A program made the translations under genes and the position numbers. Positions 20,805 to 30,520 of a stretch of DNA of 64,000 nt are shown piece by piece. Origin of the DNA: Gemmatimonadota bacterium (GTDB taxonomy: Bacteria > Gemmatimonadota > Gemmatimonadetes > Gemmatimonadales > GWC2-71-9); assembly GCA_036679645.1 (NCBI GenBank), contig JAZDCY010000013.1, positions 48,419 to 112,418 on the forward strand. Direction: 5' to 3'. Position 1 is the first letter of the stretch; each line of letters starts with the position of its first letter. The notes beneath the pieces were generated by a model. The model was not told the origin of the DNA. It saw only the letters and a program-made list of their open reading frames with translations, and searched no databases.

Positions 20805-21269
20805 TCAGTACGCAGCGCCACTGATGTAGTCCTTCAACAGCCGATTCTCATAGTTCGACTGTTCCACAAAAGCGCTCACGACGTCGCCGATCGAGATGAT
20901 GCCGGCGAGCTTGCCCGCATCCATTACCGGGAGATGCCTGATCCGGTTCTTCGTCATGACACCCATGACGTATGAGAGGTCGTCGTCGGGGACGCCAATG
21001 ATGAGATCCTTGCTCATAGCCTCTTCCACCTTGGACGGGCAACCCCGCTCGTCGGCCGGACCGCTGGCCAGCCGGCTGCACCGCTCTCCGCATTCCCGCA
21101 AGACATCACGCTCGGTGATGATCCCCACGGGCTCGCCTGTCCCAGAAACGACCACCAACGCCCCAATACGCTTCTGGTTCAGCCGGCCGATGGCCGCGTA
21201 TACGGTATCGTGTGGCCTGATCGTGAATACCGCCCTACCCTTCCGCTCGAGGATGCTGCTGATCCTCAT
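20805..21269 (-). CDS. CBS-domain pair protein
   Basis: GIITERD, RIRHLPV and GIISIGD motifs; AGGAGG RBS. Confidence 0.9.
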   Translation of the reverse strand: MRISSILERKGRAVFTIRPHDTVYAAIGRLNQKRIGALVVVSGTGEPVGIITERDVLRECGERCSRLASGPADERGCPSKVEEAMSKDLIIGVPDDDLSYVMGVMTKNRIRHLPVMDAGKLAGIISIGDVVSAFVEQSNYENRLLKDYISGAAY

Positions 21270-21361
21270 CGTACCCTCCTGAACGGACATCGCAGTTGGC
21301 TACGCGCGTGCGCGTGCCAGCTCTGCCCTTTTTCTCTACGAAGGAGGCCTAAGCCAAAGCC

Positions 21362-21400
21362 GTGAAGTACGTGTGAAGTTTTTCTGAAGATTTTGTGAAG
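21362..21400 (-). promoter_or_regulatory. Four direct repeats (CTTCAC/G) at 11-bp period upstream of the CBS gene
   Basis: + strand gtgaag at 21362, gtgaag 21373, ctgaag 21384, gtgaag 21395, with mostly T-rich spacers. Confidence 0.6.
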
Positions 21401-21436
21401 CTCGCACCGGCCGGCGCGCCGGGTCCGCAGATCGGA

Positions 21437-22684
21437 TCAGGGCAGCTCTGTCACAGCGTGATCGGCCATGGCGGGCTCCGGGATCATCTGTTTCATCGGC
21501 ACGGTTCGTGTGAACTGGCCGAAGTGGATGCACTCCTCGAGGCGACACGACCAGGCGAGGTCTCCATTCCAGACCGTCATGTCGGGACATCCGTCGCACA
21601 TGTCCTGGCGGCCATCGACGAGCACGTCGACAGGCGAGATGATCGTTATCGACTGGAAGCGCAGGCGACGAAACCACGTGGCTGGCGACCGCAATACGCG
21701 GCCGGCGATCCGGCGAATGCCTCGGTCGAACGGCCAAAGCCATAACATGGACCGTCCGCGACGGTGCACCGCTGGTGGCGCGTACGCCATGTATCGTCCC
21801 GTCGTAAGATGGTGCCATACCTGCGCCAGCTCCATCATCTTCCGTCCCACATAACCGTAGATCCGCTTGCGCGTGCCGATACGCCCGGCCAGGAGCCACT
21901 TGAACGAGTCCGCGCGTTCCGTGCCGTTCAGATAGGCACATGGCGTGAAGTCGGAGAATCGCTCACGAATCTTGGCCACCACGTCAGGAGCGGAGATGTC
22001 AATGCGCTGGCCGGTGCGCTCGTACGTTAGCGGTGCCATGTCAACCTTACGCCCCCCGGCGTAGTACTCGAACTCGTTGGGCTGGGCCGGTTCACGGTAG
22101 CAGATGAATACCATCACGTGGACGATGTCGATGTGCTCTTGCGCCCACGCAACTAGATCCGGGACGGCGTCGAGCGTGTCCTCGTAGACCGTGGCGTTGA
22201 ACGAACACGTGAGCCCTCCCACGCGCGCGACCATCTCGGCGTAGTGCAGGCGAAGCGCGTTGTGCTCCTGCTCGGTCTTGTCCTTCCAATGGGGGCGGTG
22301 TTGCTTGCTATCGATGTGAAACGTCAGGCCGAACAGCCCTTCACGCTTCAGCTCTTCCAACAGGTCCTCGGTCAGCGCGAGCCCATTTGTATTGAGGACT
22401 GGTTTCCAGCCACGCTGGGCAACCATACGGACGATGTCGGTGATCTGCGGATGTGTCAGCGGGTCTCCCCCGGCGATCGAGATCCCGTCGGTATTGCGAT
22501 ACCGTGTGAAGACATCGAGATCCGCCGCAACACCCGCCAGAGACTTGTGCTCGCTAACGTTCGCCCGGTAACACCCTTCGCACGCCAGATTGCACTTCCT
22601 TGTGGGCTCGAGCCACGCAATGGCGTTGTCCGGTAGGGTCCACGGGAGCCGATACAATTGACGGTGATCGAGCGCGACGGTCAT
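21437..22684 (-). CDS. Radical SAM protein with C-terminal Cys cluster
   Basis: CNLACEGC, GGDP, NTNG; C-terminal CDGC..C..C; GGAGG RBS before ATG 22684. Confidence 0.85.
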   Translation of the reverse strand: MTVALDHRQLYRLPWTLPDNAIAWLEPTRKCNLACEGCYRANVSEHKSLAGVAADLDVFTRYRNTDGISIAGGDPLTHPQITDIVRMVAQRGWKPVLNTNGLALTEDLLEELKREGLFGLTFHIDSKQHRPHWKDKTEQEHNALRLHYAEMVARVGGLTCSFNATVYEDTLDAVPDLVAWAQEHIDIVHVMVFICYREPAQPNEFEYYAGGRKVDMAPLTYERTGQRIDISAPDVVAKIRERFSDFTPCAYLNGTERADSFKWLLAGRIGTRKRIYGYVGRKMMELAQVWHHLTTGRYMAYAPPAVHRRGRSMLWLWPFDRGIRRIAGRVLRSPATWFRRLRFQSITIISPVDVLVDGRQDMCDGCPDMTVWNGDLAWSCRLEECIHFGQFTRTVPMKQMIPEPAMADHAVTELP

Positions 22685-22833
22685 TGGACGTCCTCCAAAG
22701 GCGATCGCTCGTATCCTCGCGAGCAATGCCTCGTCAAGAGCGGCGCCGGATGCCGATAGTTTCCGTCGTGATTCGCAAACGGAACAGCACGCCGACGAAA
22801 CGTCACCTAATAGCTGTGGAACGCACCGCACGG

Positions 22834-22847
22834 GCAAGATCGTTCCC
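22834..22847 (-). promoter_or_regulatory. Possible sigma54 -24/-12 promoter for the radical SAM gene
   Basis: Minus strand GG-gaacgatctt-GC (GG-N10-GC ending TTGC) with an AT-rich upstream tract. Confidence 0.3.
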
Positions 22848-22897
22848 GACGAAAGACGATTCTTGTTGTCGTGTTTTAGACTTACGCAGGAACTCGC

Positions 22898-22972
22898 ACA
22901 ACGGCCCGCGTCGATGCGACGCGAGCCCGTTGTAAACCTACACCCGCCGCGTTCTCACCTCAGGCGGCGGGT
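22898..22972 (-). terminator. Two tandem hairpins downstream of the Met-rich lipoprotein gene
   Basis: acaacgg..gcgtcg-atg-cgacgc..ccgttgt (22898-22933) and acccgccgc..gcggcgggt (22942-22972). Confidence 0.45.
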
Positions 22973-22980
22973 TACGGATC

Positions 22981-24612
22981 TTACGGGGACGGAAATCCGT
23001 TGATGTAGCGGTTGTGAAACCAGATCAACTCGGTGGACAGATGCATATTCCCCGCGGTATCCATGGTGCGCCCGCTCACCGTGTACTGGCCGTTGGCAAA
23101 ATTGATCGATGTGCCGAACACCGGAGCTACTCCCGCGAGCGGGGGCGGACTCACATCGGGATGCCCGTACCAACTGTCGGGGTCATTCGCTTCGTACATA
23201 CCCTTCAGTACGGGCGTCCCGTCGCCCAGCGCCTTGGGTGGTGCTGAAAGCTGTAGTGTCCTGGTGGTCGCCTCGAAGAACCCGAGGAGCAAACCTTCGG
23301 CTTCCGTAGTAAGGGCTTGCTGCTGATTGGGAGGAAACAGCCTCAGTGCATTCAGCGCGCCGAACATGACCGCCAAGTCCTCGGACGTAAAGGTCCGCTG
23401 GCTCACAAAACTCCCCGTTGCGCCATCGTAATCGGTCTTGATGTCCTCCCATAGCGACTCGATGTCAGGAGCGTAGTCCCCCAACCCCAACCTCTGAGCT
23501 TCCACCAACCCGCGCAGTTTGTGACTCATGTCCACCGCGTTGTCCGGAGTCGTGGCTGCCAACTGTGTGGCCAGCGTTGTCATGTCGGCGGTGGAACTTT
23601 GAATGAGGTTTTGCCAGGTCAGAGCTTGTATGGCGAGTGATATGTCGGCAGGGGTCACCAGCCTCGTGACATCCAGCGCTCCAACGATGTCGTTGGCCAT
23701 GGTTGCTCCCATCCCGGCGATCATGCCGGGAGCCATTCCCATCATCTGCTCCAGCTGCATTGCGACCATGCCATATCTACTGCTGGGATCTGAAGCCATC
23801 TGGTTCAGGTCCACCGCCGCGATCACCGTCGCCATGTTCCCGGCATGCGAGGCAGTGTACTTCGATCCGCTCATGTCTTCCATCATGTCCTTCGTCATCA
23901 TCACCGCTTCGGCGAAGAGGGCCATACCCATGAAGCGCTGTTGCGCACCAAAATCCTGATTGGGAGCGCCAAAGTGAGCTTCCACGTGGAAGAAACGGGC
24001 CCACTCGAGCAGCTTGGCAATGGTCCATCCTTGGGCGGCGTTGGAAAACGTTCCGCTGTTGTCCCCGTCCCCACCCATCATGACCGGAGTTGCCGACCAC
24101 CGCATCTTCGTAAAATCCAAGTTCACGATCCCATCGAGCACATCCCCGGCACTACCCTTCCATGTCGGGTTTCCGCTCGTGTACACCGATCGCAACATCA
24201 GAGGCATGATAGGCATCATGACGTGATCCCCGTCGCCGTACATCTCACTGGGCCTCATCATGCCATCCAACTTGGTAGGATCGAAGTCGGCATCCGCCAT
24301 GCCCATGAGCATCGGTGCCATAGCCATGAATTCGCCCATGGTCATGACGGCTCCTTGAGCGGTATCTCCGACACCAAGCTCTCCCATGCCGCTCATGAGC
24401 ATGAGGGTCATCATGTTGTACCGGGAGTACCAATAGCCCTCCATGACGACTTCCGGCTCGATCGAAGTGAGTCGAGCGTCTGCTAGAGGCGCAATCGGTG
24501 TAGGCTGTGGTTCGCTACCGGTGAGCGTCTCGCCCCGGTCGCAACCGGCACCCAGCACTAGACACACGACGAGGCCTGAGACCACGATCGGCGGGGTTCT
24601 TGGAGTCAACAT
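22981..24612 (-). CDS. Methionine-rich hypothetical lipoprotein
   Basis: Lipobox LGAGC; about 47 Met in 543 aa; GAGGTGAGG RBS. Confidence 0.75.
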   Translation of the reverse strand: MLTPRTPPIVVSGLVVCLVLGAGCDRGETLTGSEPQPTPIAPLADARLTSIEPEVVMEGYWYSRYNMMTLMLMSGMGELGVGDTAQGAVMTMGEFMAMAPMLMGMADADFDPTKLDGMMRPSEMYGDGDHVMMPIMPLMLRSVYTSGNPTWKGSAGDVLDGIVNLDFTKMRWSATPVMMGGDGDNSGTFSNAAQGWTIAKLLEWARFFHVEAHFGAPNQDFGAQQRFMGMALFAEAVMMTKDMMEDMSGSKYTASHAGNMATVIAAVDLNQMASDPSSRYGMVAMQLEQMMGMAPGMIAGMGATMANDIVGALDVTRLVTPADISLAIQALTWQNLIQSSTADMTTLATQLAATTPDNAVDMSHKLRGLVEAQRLGLGDYAPDIESLWEDIKTDYDGATGSFVSQRTFTSEDLAVMFGALNALRLFPPNQQQALTTEAEGLLLGFFEATTRTLQLSAPPKALGDGTPVLKGMYEANDPDSWYGHPDVSPPPLAGVAPVFGTSINFANGQYTVSGRTMDTAGNMHLSTELIWFHNRYINGFPSP

Positions 24613-24808
24613 ACCTCACCTCAGTCATTACAATTTGGACAGACGGCGCTTCCCGTAATTGAGAGAAGCAGCATCGTAATTTCGTATATGGAATAGGGCA
24701 CCGATCGTGTGGAAATGATGAAGCCTGCAACAAGAAAGATAACGGCCAGGGGTCGTCACCTTCGATCGCGCGTTGCTCAAGGACGAAGGCTTCCGGGCGC
24801 CGTAGCCC

Positions 24809-26221
24809 TCAGTCCGCTGGCCCGATCTCTACCTTGATGTGGCGCCACCGGCCCTGCCGGAATCGGATCATGCTCAACACCGAGCGCGTGACATGGCCCA
24901 GCACGATCGCGAGCCAGATGTGCCACGCCCGCAGTCCCCAGACCGATTGTATCACGGCGCACATCCCGAGCGGGACCAGGATCTGCGAGACGAGCGAGAT
25001 ATAGAGTGGACTCTTCGTGTCACCTGTCCCCTGGAGTCCGCCCGTATAGGCGAGCGCCACGGTAACGAAGAGCCCGGACACACTCAAGAATGCCAGCAGC
25101 TGCGTGCCGATATCCATCACCAACGGGTCTTCCATCCCGAAGAAGCCAAAGAGTACTCGTGGGAAGAGCAGGAACACCAGCCCCAGGCTGACCGCCACCC
25201 CCAGACCAATGCGCGCAGCGACGTGCACCCCATGGATCGCTCGCTCGGGATGCCCTGCTCCGAGGTTCTGCCCCGCTACCGCTGCGGCCGCGGCCATCAA
25301 CCCTACCGACGTCCACGTGATCAGGGAAAAGAGTTGCGTGTAGCCGACCGTGTAAGCGGCCTGTGCCTGCGCGCTCGTGGCGAGCGACCCGACAAACGCG
25401 AGCAACACGACCCCACCTACGTTCATCGCGACGCCCTGGAGTCCGGTCGGGATACCGAATCGGAAGAGCGCGCGAATGATCGACCAGTCGGGTCTCCAAT
25501 TCATGCCACGACGGAACTGTACCACCCATGTGTGCGAGAAGAACAAGCGGTACGCCGCCACGAGCGCGAGCACTCCGCCCGCGATCACCGTTCCCATCGC
25601 GGCGCCTTTGGTGCCGAACGCGGGAACGGGGCCGAGCCCTCGGATCAGGACGACGTTGAGCCCGAGGTTCAACAACGTGAGTGCAATGCCGTACCTCAGT
25701 GGCGTGCGGGCATCTCCCGCCGCACGCAGCGCCCCACCGACCATGTAGAACATCATCATCCCGAAACTGAAGACGAACAGGATGCGCAAGTACGGCAGCG
25801 CTTCGGCGCGCACGTCGGCGGTTGCGTTGACCAGCCCCAGTAGCGGTGGAGCGAGGAAATAACCAACGGGCGCCAGTATCACCACGGCCATGAGCATGGC
25901 GGTGAGGAACGCCTGGTATACAGTACGATTGACTTTGTCGGGTTCGTTGGCACCGGCGAACCGCGCGACGAGTACACCCATGCCCGAAAAGAGCGACATG
26001 ATGAACACCACGACCACCAGAAAGATCTGCCACGAGACCCCGATGGCGGCGTTCCCCGTGTAGCCCACGTAGTGCCCGACCATCACGTGATCCACGATGC
26101 CTTGGAGCCCCCCGATGACGTTCTGCAGCATCGTGGGCCAGGCGAGTTTCCAGACGGCTCGCCCGATCGGTCCCTCGACGATCGAGCGGTCGAATGGCTT
26201 GGGTTTGGTTTCGTCGGGCAT
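24809..26221 (-). CDS. MATE family efflux transporter
   Basis: LAWP...DHVMVG, GDARTPL, GQNLGAG and GDTKSPL motifs; about 12 TM segments. Confidence 0.92.
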   Translation of the reverse strand: MPDETKPKPFDRSIVEGPIGRAVWKLAWPTMLQNVIGGLQGIVDHVMVGHYVGYTGNAAIGVSWQIFLVVVVFIMSLFSGMGVLVARFAGANEPDKVNRTVYQAFLTAMLMAVVILAPVGYFLAPPLLGLVNATADVRAEALPYLRILFVFSFGMMMFYMVGGALRAAGDARTPLRYGIALTLLNLGLNVVLIRGLGPVPAFGTKGAAMGTVIAGGVLALVAAYRLFFSHTWVVQFRRGMNWRPDWSIIRALFRFGIPTGLQGVAMNVGGVVLLAFVGSLATSAQAQAAYTVGYTQLFSLITWTSVGLMAAAAAVAGQNLGAGHPERAIHGVHVAARIGLGVAVSLGLVFLLFPRVLFGFFGMEDPLVMDIGTQLLAFLSVSGLFVTVALAYTGGLQGTGDTKSPLYISLVSQILVPLGMCAVIQSVWGLRAWHIWLAIVLGHVTRSVLSMIRFRQGRWRHIKVEIGPAD

Positions 26222-26304
26222 TGACCTCACAGAACTCAGAACGTCCAACAATGAAAGTCAAACGGCGAAGGGATGTTCCCTATTCACCCATTCGATGCGG
26301 GGCA

Positions 26305-28970
26305 CTACTGGTCGTACTCCGACAGTAGCCGGCGTGCCTCCACGTTCAGGGGGTCCAGCTCGAGAGCAGCCTCGAGCGCAGCGCGGGCCCGCTGTATACC
26401 CGGGTCACGGGCCTCGTAGGACTTGGCGAGGGCTACGAGTCCGGGTGGGCCCCGGACCGAACCCAGCGGCGTTTCGGCACGGCCGAAGATCATCCGCGAG
26501 TTGGGGCTGCTGGTATCGATATGCAAAGCCAGCGGCGCCGCGTACTCGATGCGCATGTTGTCGTCTGTGTTCAGGCCTTCGTCGCCAACCAGCACGCGAA
26601 TTCGCTCGGTGCCCAGCATGTAAAGACTGAGCATCATCTCGGGCTCGACGAAGCCGATTCGCTCGAGGTCCTCGAGCACGGCAGGGTTGCTGCCGTAGTT
26701 GCGCCGCATCGTTGACGCGTCGAGCGGCAGGGGTGCGTCGCTGGCGATGACTATCAGATCTCCGGCGGTCACGCGGAACAGCCGGAGATGTCGGAAGACG
26801 GCGCCCATCGTTCCGAGGAGCGAGCGTAGGTCCTCAGGATTCATACCGTAGGTCTGAATCCACTGGGCCCAGACGCCGCCGGGGCGCATCTTGCGTTTCC
26901 CAAGTTGGAAAAACTCGAGCGTGAAGAGATTGGACACACCGCTCAGCCACGGATTCGAGGGCTCGGAGCCAACCATATCGTAGGTGCCGTCCTCCGTCAG
27001 CAGAAGGTGGTTGCGGGCATCGTTCAGATGGAGCCGGACGCGAGGATCTTCGAGCGGCTCGTGGTTGTGCTCTCGGAAGAAACGGCTCGCTTCGATCACC
27101 GCCGGCTCGATCTCCACGATGTCAATCCGCTTGGGTGACTGGTGCAGAGTAACAGCGCCTAGAGAGATGCCGCTCGCCAGGCCGATAGCCAGGACGTTCT
27201 CGGCATCGGGCCTGAAGGCGAACGGAAGGTGGCCCAGCAGCAGCTCGGTCTCCAGATCCGTGTGCGACGAGGCGTCTACCTTGCCGTTGTTGGCGAGCCA
27301 AATGTCGCGTCCGTTCTTTACTTGAGCGACCGTCACTACTGAGGAGAGGCCCTCGTCGTAGAACAGCAGCTCGAACGGTTCGACCGCGAACTTCATTACG
27401 CCGCTACGAGTCCTGTCCTCCAAGACGGCGACGTAGGTGAACATACCGGCGGTCATCAACAGGGGGTTCCAGGCCGGCGTCACCCAGAGGGGCAACGCGA
27501 CTCCGGCAGCCAGAAGAGTCACTCTGACGAGCCGTCGCGGGTCGAAGACGTCGCCATCCTTGGCAGCCAGTACCACGATCAGGCCCGCGCCCGCGAAGTT
27601 GACGACGATCCCCAGGGACACGCTGCCCTGAATGTTGAGAGCCGGGAGCAGGATCAGGCCGCCAAGCGAGGCGCCCAGAATCGCCCCCACTGTGTTGCTT
27701 CCGTAGAGCAGCCCGACCGGCCGGCTGAGCTCCTGTGCGCTGCCCTCCGCCGCCGATCTCTCGGCGAGGGCTCGGACCAGGAACGGGAATGTTGCGCCCA
27801 TCAAGATCGCCGGGGGCAGCATGATCGCCAAACCGAGCCCGAGCTGTGCCAGCCAGAAACCCATGGGAGCGTCCTGGAAGCGATCGAACATCACGGTGAA
27901 GGCAAATGGCAGCTCGCCGTAGAGGTACATCGCGATCCACGACAGCCCGCCCACTCCGACCTGGAGTAGCGCCAGATTGCGAAGCAGGCGCTTCAATCCC
28001 CCGCGCTCGAGGCTGCGATCGGCGATGGCCCCGCCTCCCCAACCCCCCAGCCCGATCCCCAGAAGAAAGGCGAGCAGCATCAACGAGAACGAGTAGGCGC
28101 TACCGCCTAGGATCAGCGTCAGCAGACGGAACCAGGCCACCTCGTAGAGCAGGCTCGAGAATCCGGCCAGGAAGGCGACCGTCAGTAGCGCGGCCCCCGT
28201 GAGGCCGATCAGTTGACGTCTCTTGTCCGCCTCCTCCTCCTTGGGCGCGATGGCGGCGAGCGCGGCGTTGCGCCGGGCGAGGGTCCAGGCCACGGCGGCG
28301 AGGAGGAAGTTCGCGAGGGCCGCGACCAGGGTGGTCATGTGGAGACCGAGACCGGGGAGGAGGTAGAAGCCGGCAAGCCCGGTACCGATCACTGCGCCGA
28401 TCGTATTCGCACCGTAGAGACGGCCGATCCACCGCCCGATCTCGTCCCGCTGGGCACCGACGAATCGCGCGAGAAGCGGCAGTGTAGCTCCCATGCAGAC
28501 CGTCGGAGGCAGGAGCGCCAGGCCCCGACCAGGAGAAGCTGGAAAGTCGCAAAGGCCAAGGGCGACGGGTCCACCGCTCGGAAGAAAGCCAAATACAGCG
28601 CTTGCATGAGCCCGAGAAGCAACGGAAAGACGAGAGCGTAGAGGCCGATGAAGGCCTCGAGCATGGCATAGGCCGCCAACGGCCTGCGCACTCGCGCGGC
28701 CCACCTGGCGGCGCCGAGACTGCCTACGGCCAGCCCCGCCATGAAAGCCGCGAGCACCGTGCTGATCGCTACCTGGCTCGTCCCGAAGACGAGGTGGAGC
28801 TGGCGGGCCCAGAGGTTCTCGTAGACCAGCGAAGTGGCACCGCTGGCCACGAACAGAAGCACCAGCGCGAACAGGCCTCGACGGCCTCTCGCCGAGGCGG
28901 CCCTGGCCAGCCTCCCTGCCCTGGGCGTCTTCCTCGCCTTCCCGCGCCTCTTCCTCGCCTTCCTGCTCAT
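26305..28970 (-). pseudogene. Fused membrane domain/spermidine-synthase-like protein with a frameshift near 28524 (possibly a sequencing error)
   Basis: N-terminal ORF (SGATSLVYE..W.R.L) joins the C-terminal ORF (LLPPT.CMGATLP...NGKVDAS, GLASG, DARN, SEPSNPW) if one G is added to a G4 run. Confidence 0.8.
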
Positions 28971-29061
28971 GGGCTCATACTCCAAAACAAGAGGCTCCCC
29001 GAACCCAAAGATCCGGGGAGCCCGTAGACCGCGAAGTGACGAAGGGCTAGGCGGAAGCCCC

Positions 29062-30270
29062 TCAGATATCCGGCGTAAAGTCGACCAACGATAGACTCCC
29101 GAATTGGTCGCCCAGCTCGAGAGGCTGCGAGCAGGAGGTGTGGAACTTCACCGACTGCAGCAGCGTGCCGTCCAGGGCGTAGATGTGCACCCAGGTATTG
29201 GCCTTGAGCCGGTTCGCGCCCGCATTCGTCGCGTCGATACCGAATGTACCGTTGAGCGCCACGGTGCCGTCGAACCATGTCTTGGCCCTGGTATCGTCGG
29301 GGTTTTCCTTGTCCGACGCGACAATTCGGACGGTAGCCGGGAGCACCCCGAAGTCCGCGCAGCTGATTTTTGTCGGATCCTGTGAGTTGCTGGTCGCGGA
29401 GCAATCCGCGCCGGTGAACTCCATCATAGCGACCCGTGGCTTGCCCGCGTCGCAAAGGTCGTCGCAGTCCTCCTCTTGACCCGCGGGACACACGCGCCCA
29501 CCGTCCTTGCTGAATGCCTCGACAACCTCGAAATCACCGAACACCGATCCCGGTCCGATGGGGCGCGAGCAGCTCGTGTGGATCTTCGTCTCGGGGCCGC
29601 CGTTGGCCCTGATCTTGATCTCCTTGCCCAACTTGTTGTCACGGCCCTGCCCGACAAACGAGAACTCTGCGCCCGCGGCCACAAACTCATCGAACACGAT
29701 CTTCTTCCCGGCCTTCACTTGGATGACGGCATCTGGACCGTTGTTCCGCAAGGTGAGCTCCGTGACGCCACCTCTACAATCGCTGCACGGGAGTTCGGGC
29801 TCGGGGACGTTGTGGAAGATCGCGACACATCCAAGCTTGGAAGCCGTGATCTCGCCGGAGACCCCCGGCCCGGGCCGGATCACCGATGTGACGGTTCCCT
29901 GCCCATCGATACCGAGCACCTCGACAAAGTCCAGCGAGAATCCCGTCGGGATGATCTCCGTGATGGTCACGACGTCGCTCAGCCCATCGGTGTCCGTATG
30001 GACCACCTTGCACTCGCCGTCGAGGAGTCGCTCAGTCTTCGTGATGACGGTAGATCCATGGAAGGGGTTGTTGGCCACGATCTCGATCTCGAAATCCGCC
30101 GCCGAGCCCACCTTGCAGATCTCGAACACGCCTGTCTGCGGCACACCACTAACGACATTGAGCGCCGGAAGGGCACCGGGTGATTCGGGGGGGCCGTTAG
30201 CGTCGCTGCACGCGACGGCCACAGCGCCAGCGAGAAGTACAAACCAGTGGGAGCGAAGACGGGCACGCAT
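29062..30270 (-). CDS. Cys-rich lipoprotein with two HTSCS-containing repeat domains
   Basis: Lipobox AVAC; IHTSCSRPI and FHTSCSQPL repeats. Confidence 0.7.
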   Translation of the reverse strand: MRARLRSHWFVLLAGAVAVACSDANGPPESPGALPALNVVSGVPQTGVFEICKVGSAADFEIEIVANNPFHGSTVITKTERLLDGECKVVHTDTDGLSDVVTITEIIPTGFSLDFVEVLGIDGQGTVTSVIRPGPGVSGEITASKLGCVAIFHNVPEPELPCSDCRGGVTELTLRNNGPDAVIQVKAGKKIVFDEFVAAGAEFSFVGQGRDNKLGKEIKIRANGGPETKIHTSCSRPIGPGSVFGDFEVVEAFSKDGGRVCPAGQEEDCDDLCDAGKPRVAMMEFTGADCSATSNSQDPTKISCADFGVLPATVRIVASDKENPDDTRAKTWFDGTVALNGTFGIDATNAGANRLKANTWVHIYALDGTLLQSVKFHTSCSQPLELGDQFGSLSLVDFTPDI

Positions 30271-30520
30271 GGCAGGATCTCCTAGAGCATAGGTACGACC
30301 AGTAGGATGCGTCAAACACTGGAAGACCCGTGCCTTTGGGTGATCTACGTCACAGACGGCGCCGCACCGCGGTTTTCACGCTGGCGGGCGACAAGGGCGT
30401 CGCTCGTGCCCCACGGATGTCGCGATCCGACAGTGGCACCCGTAGTGATTCCGACACACCGATCCAGAATCCGCCGGGCGCGGACTGGGGCCACCGACCA
30501 AACCCACGTCCGGGCCCCTT

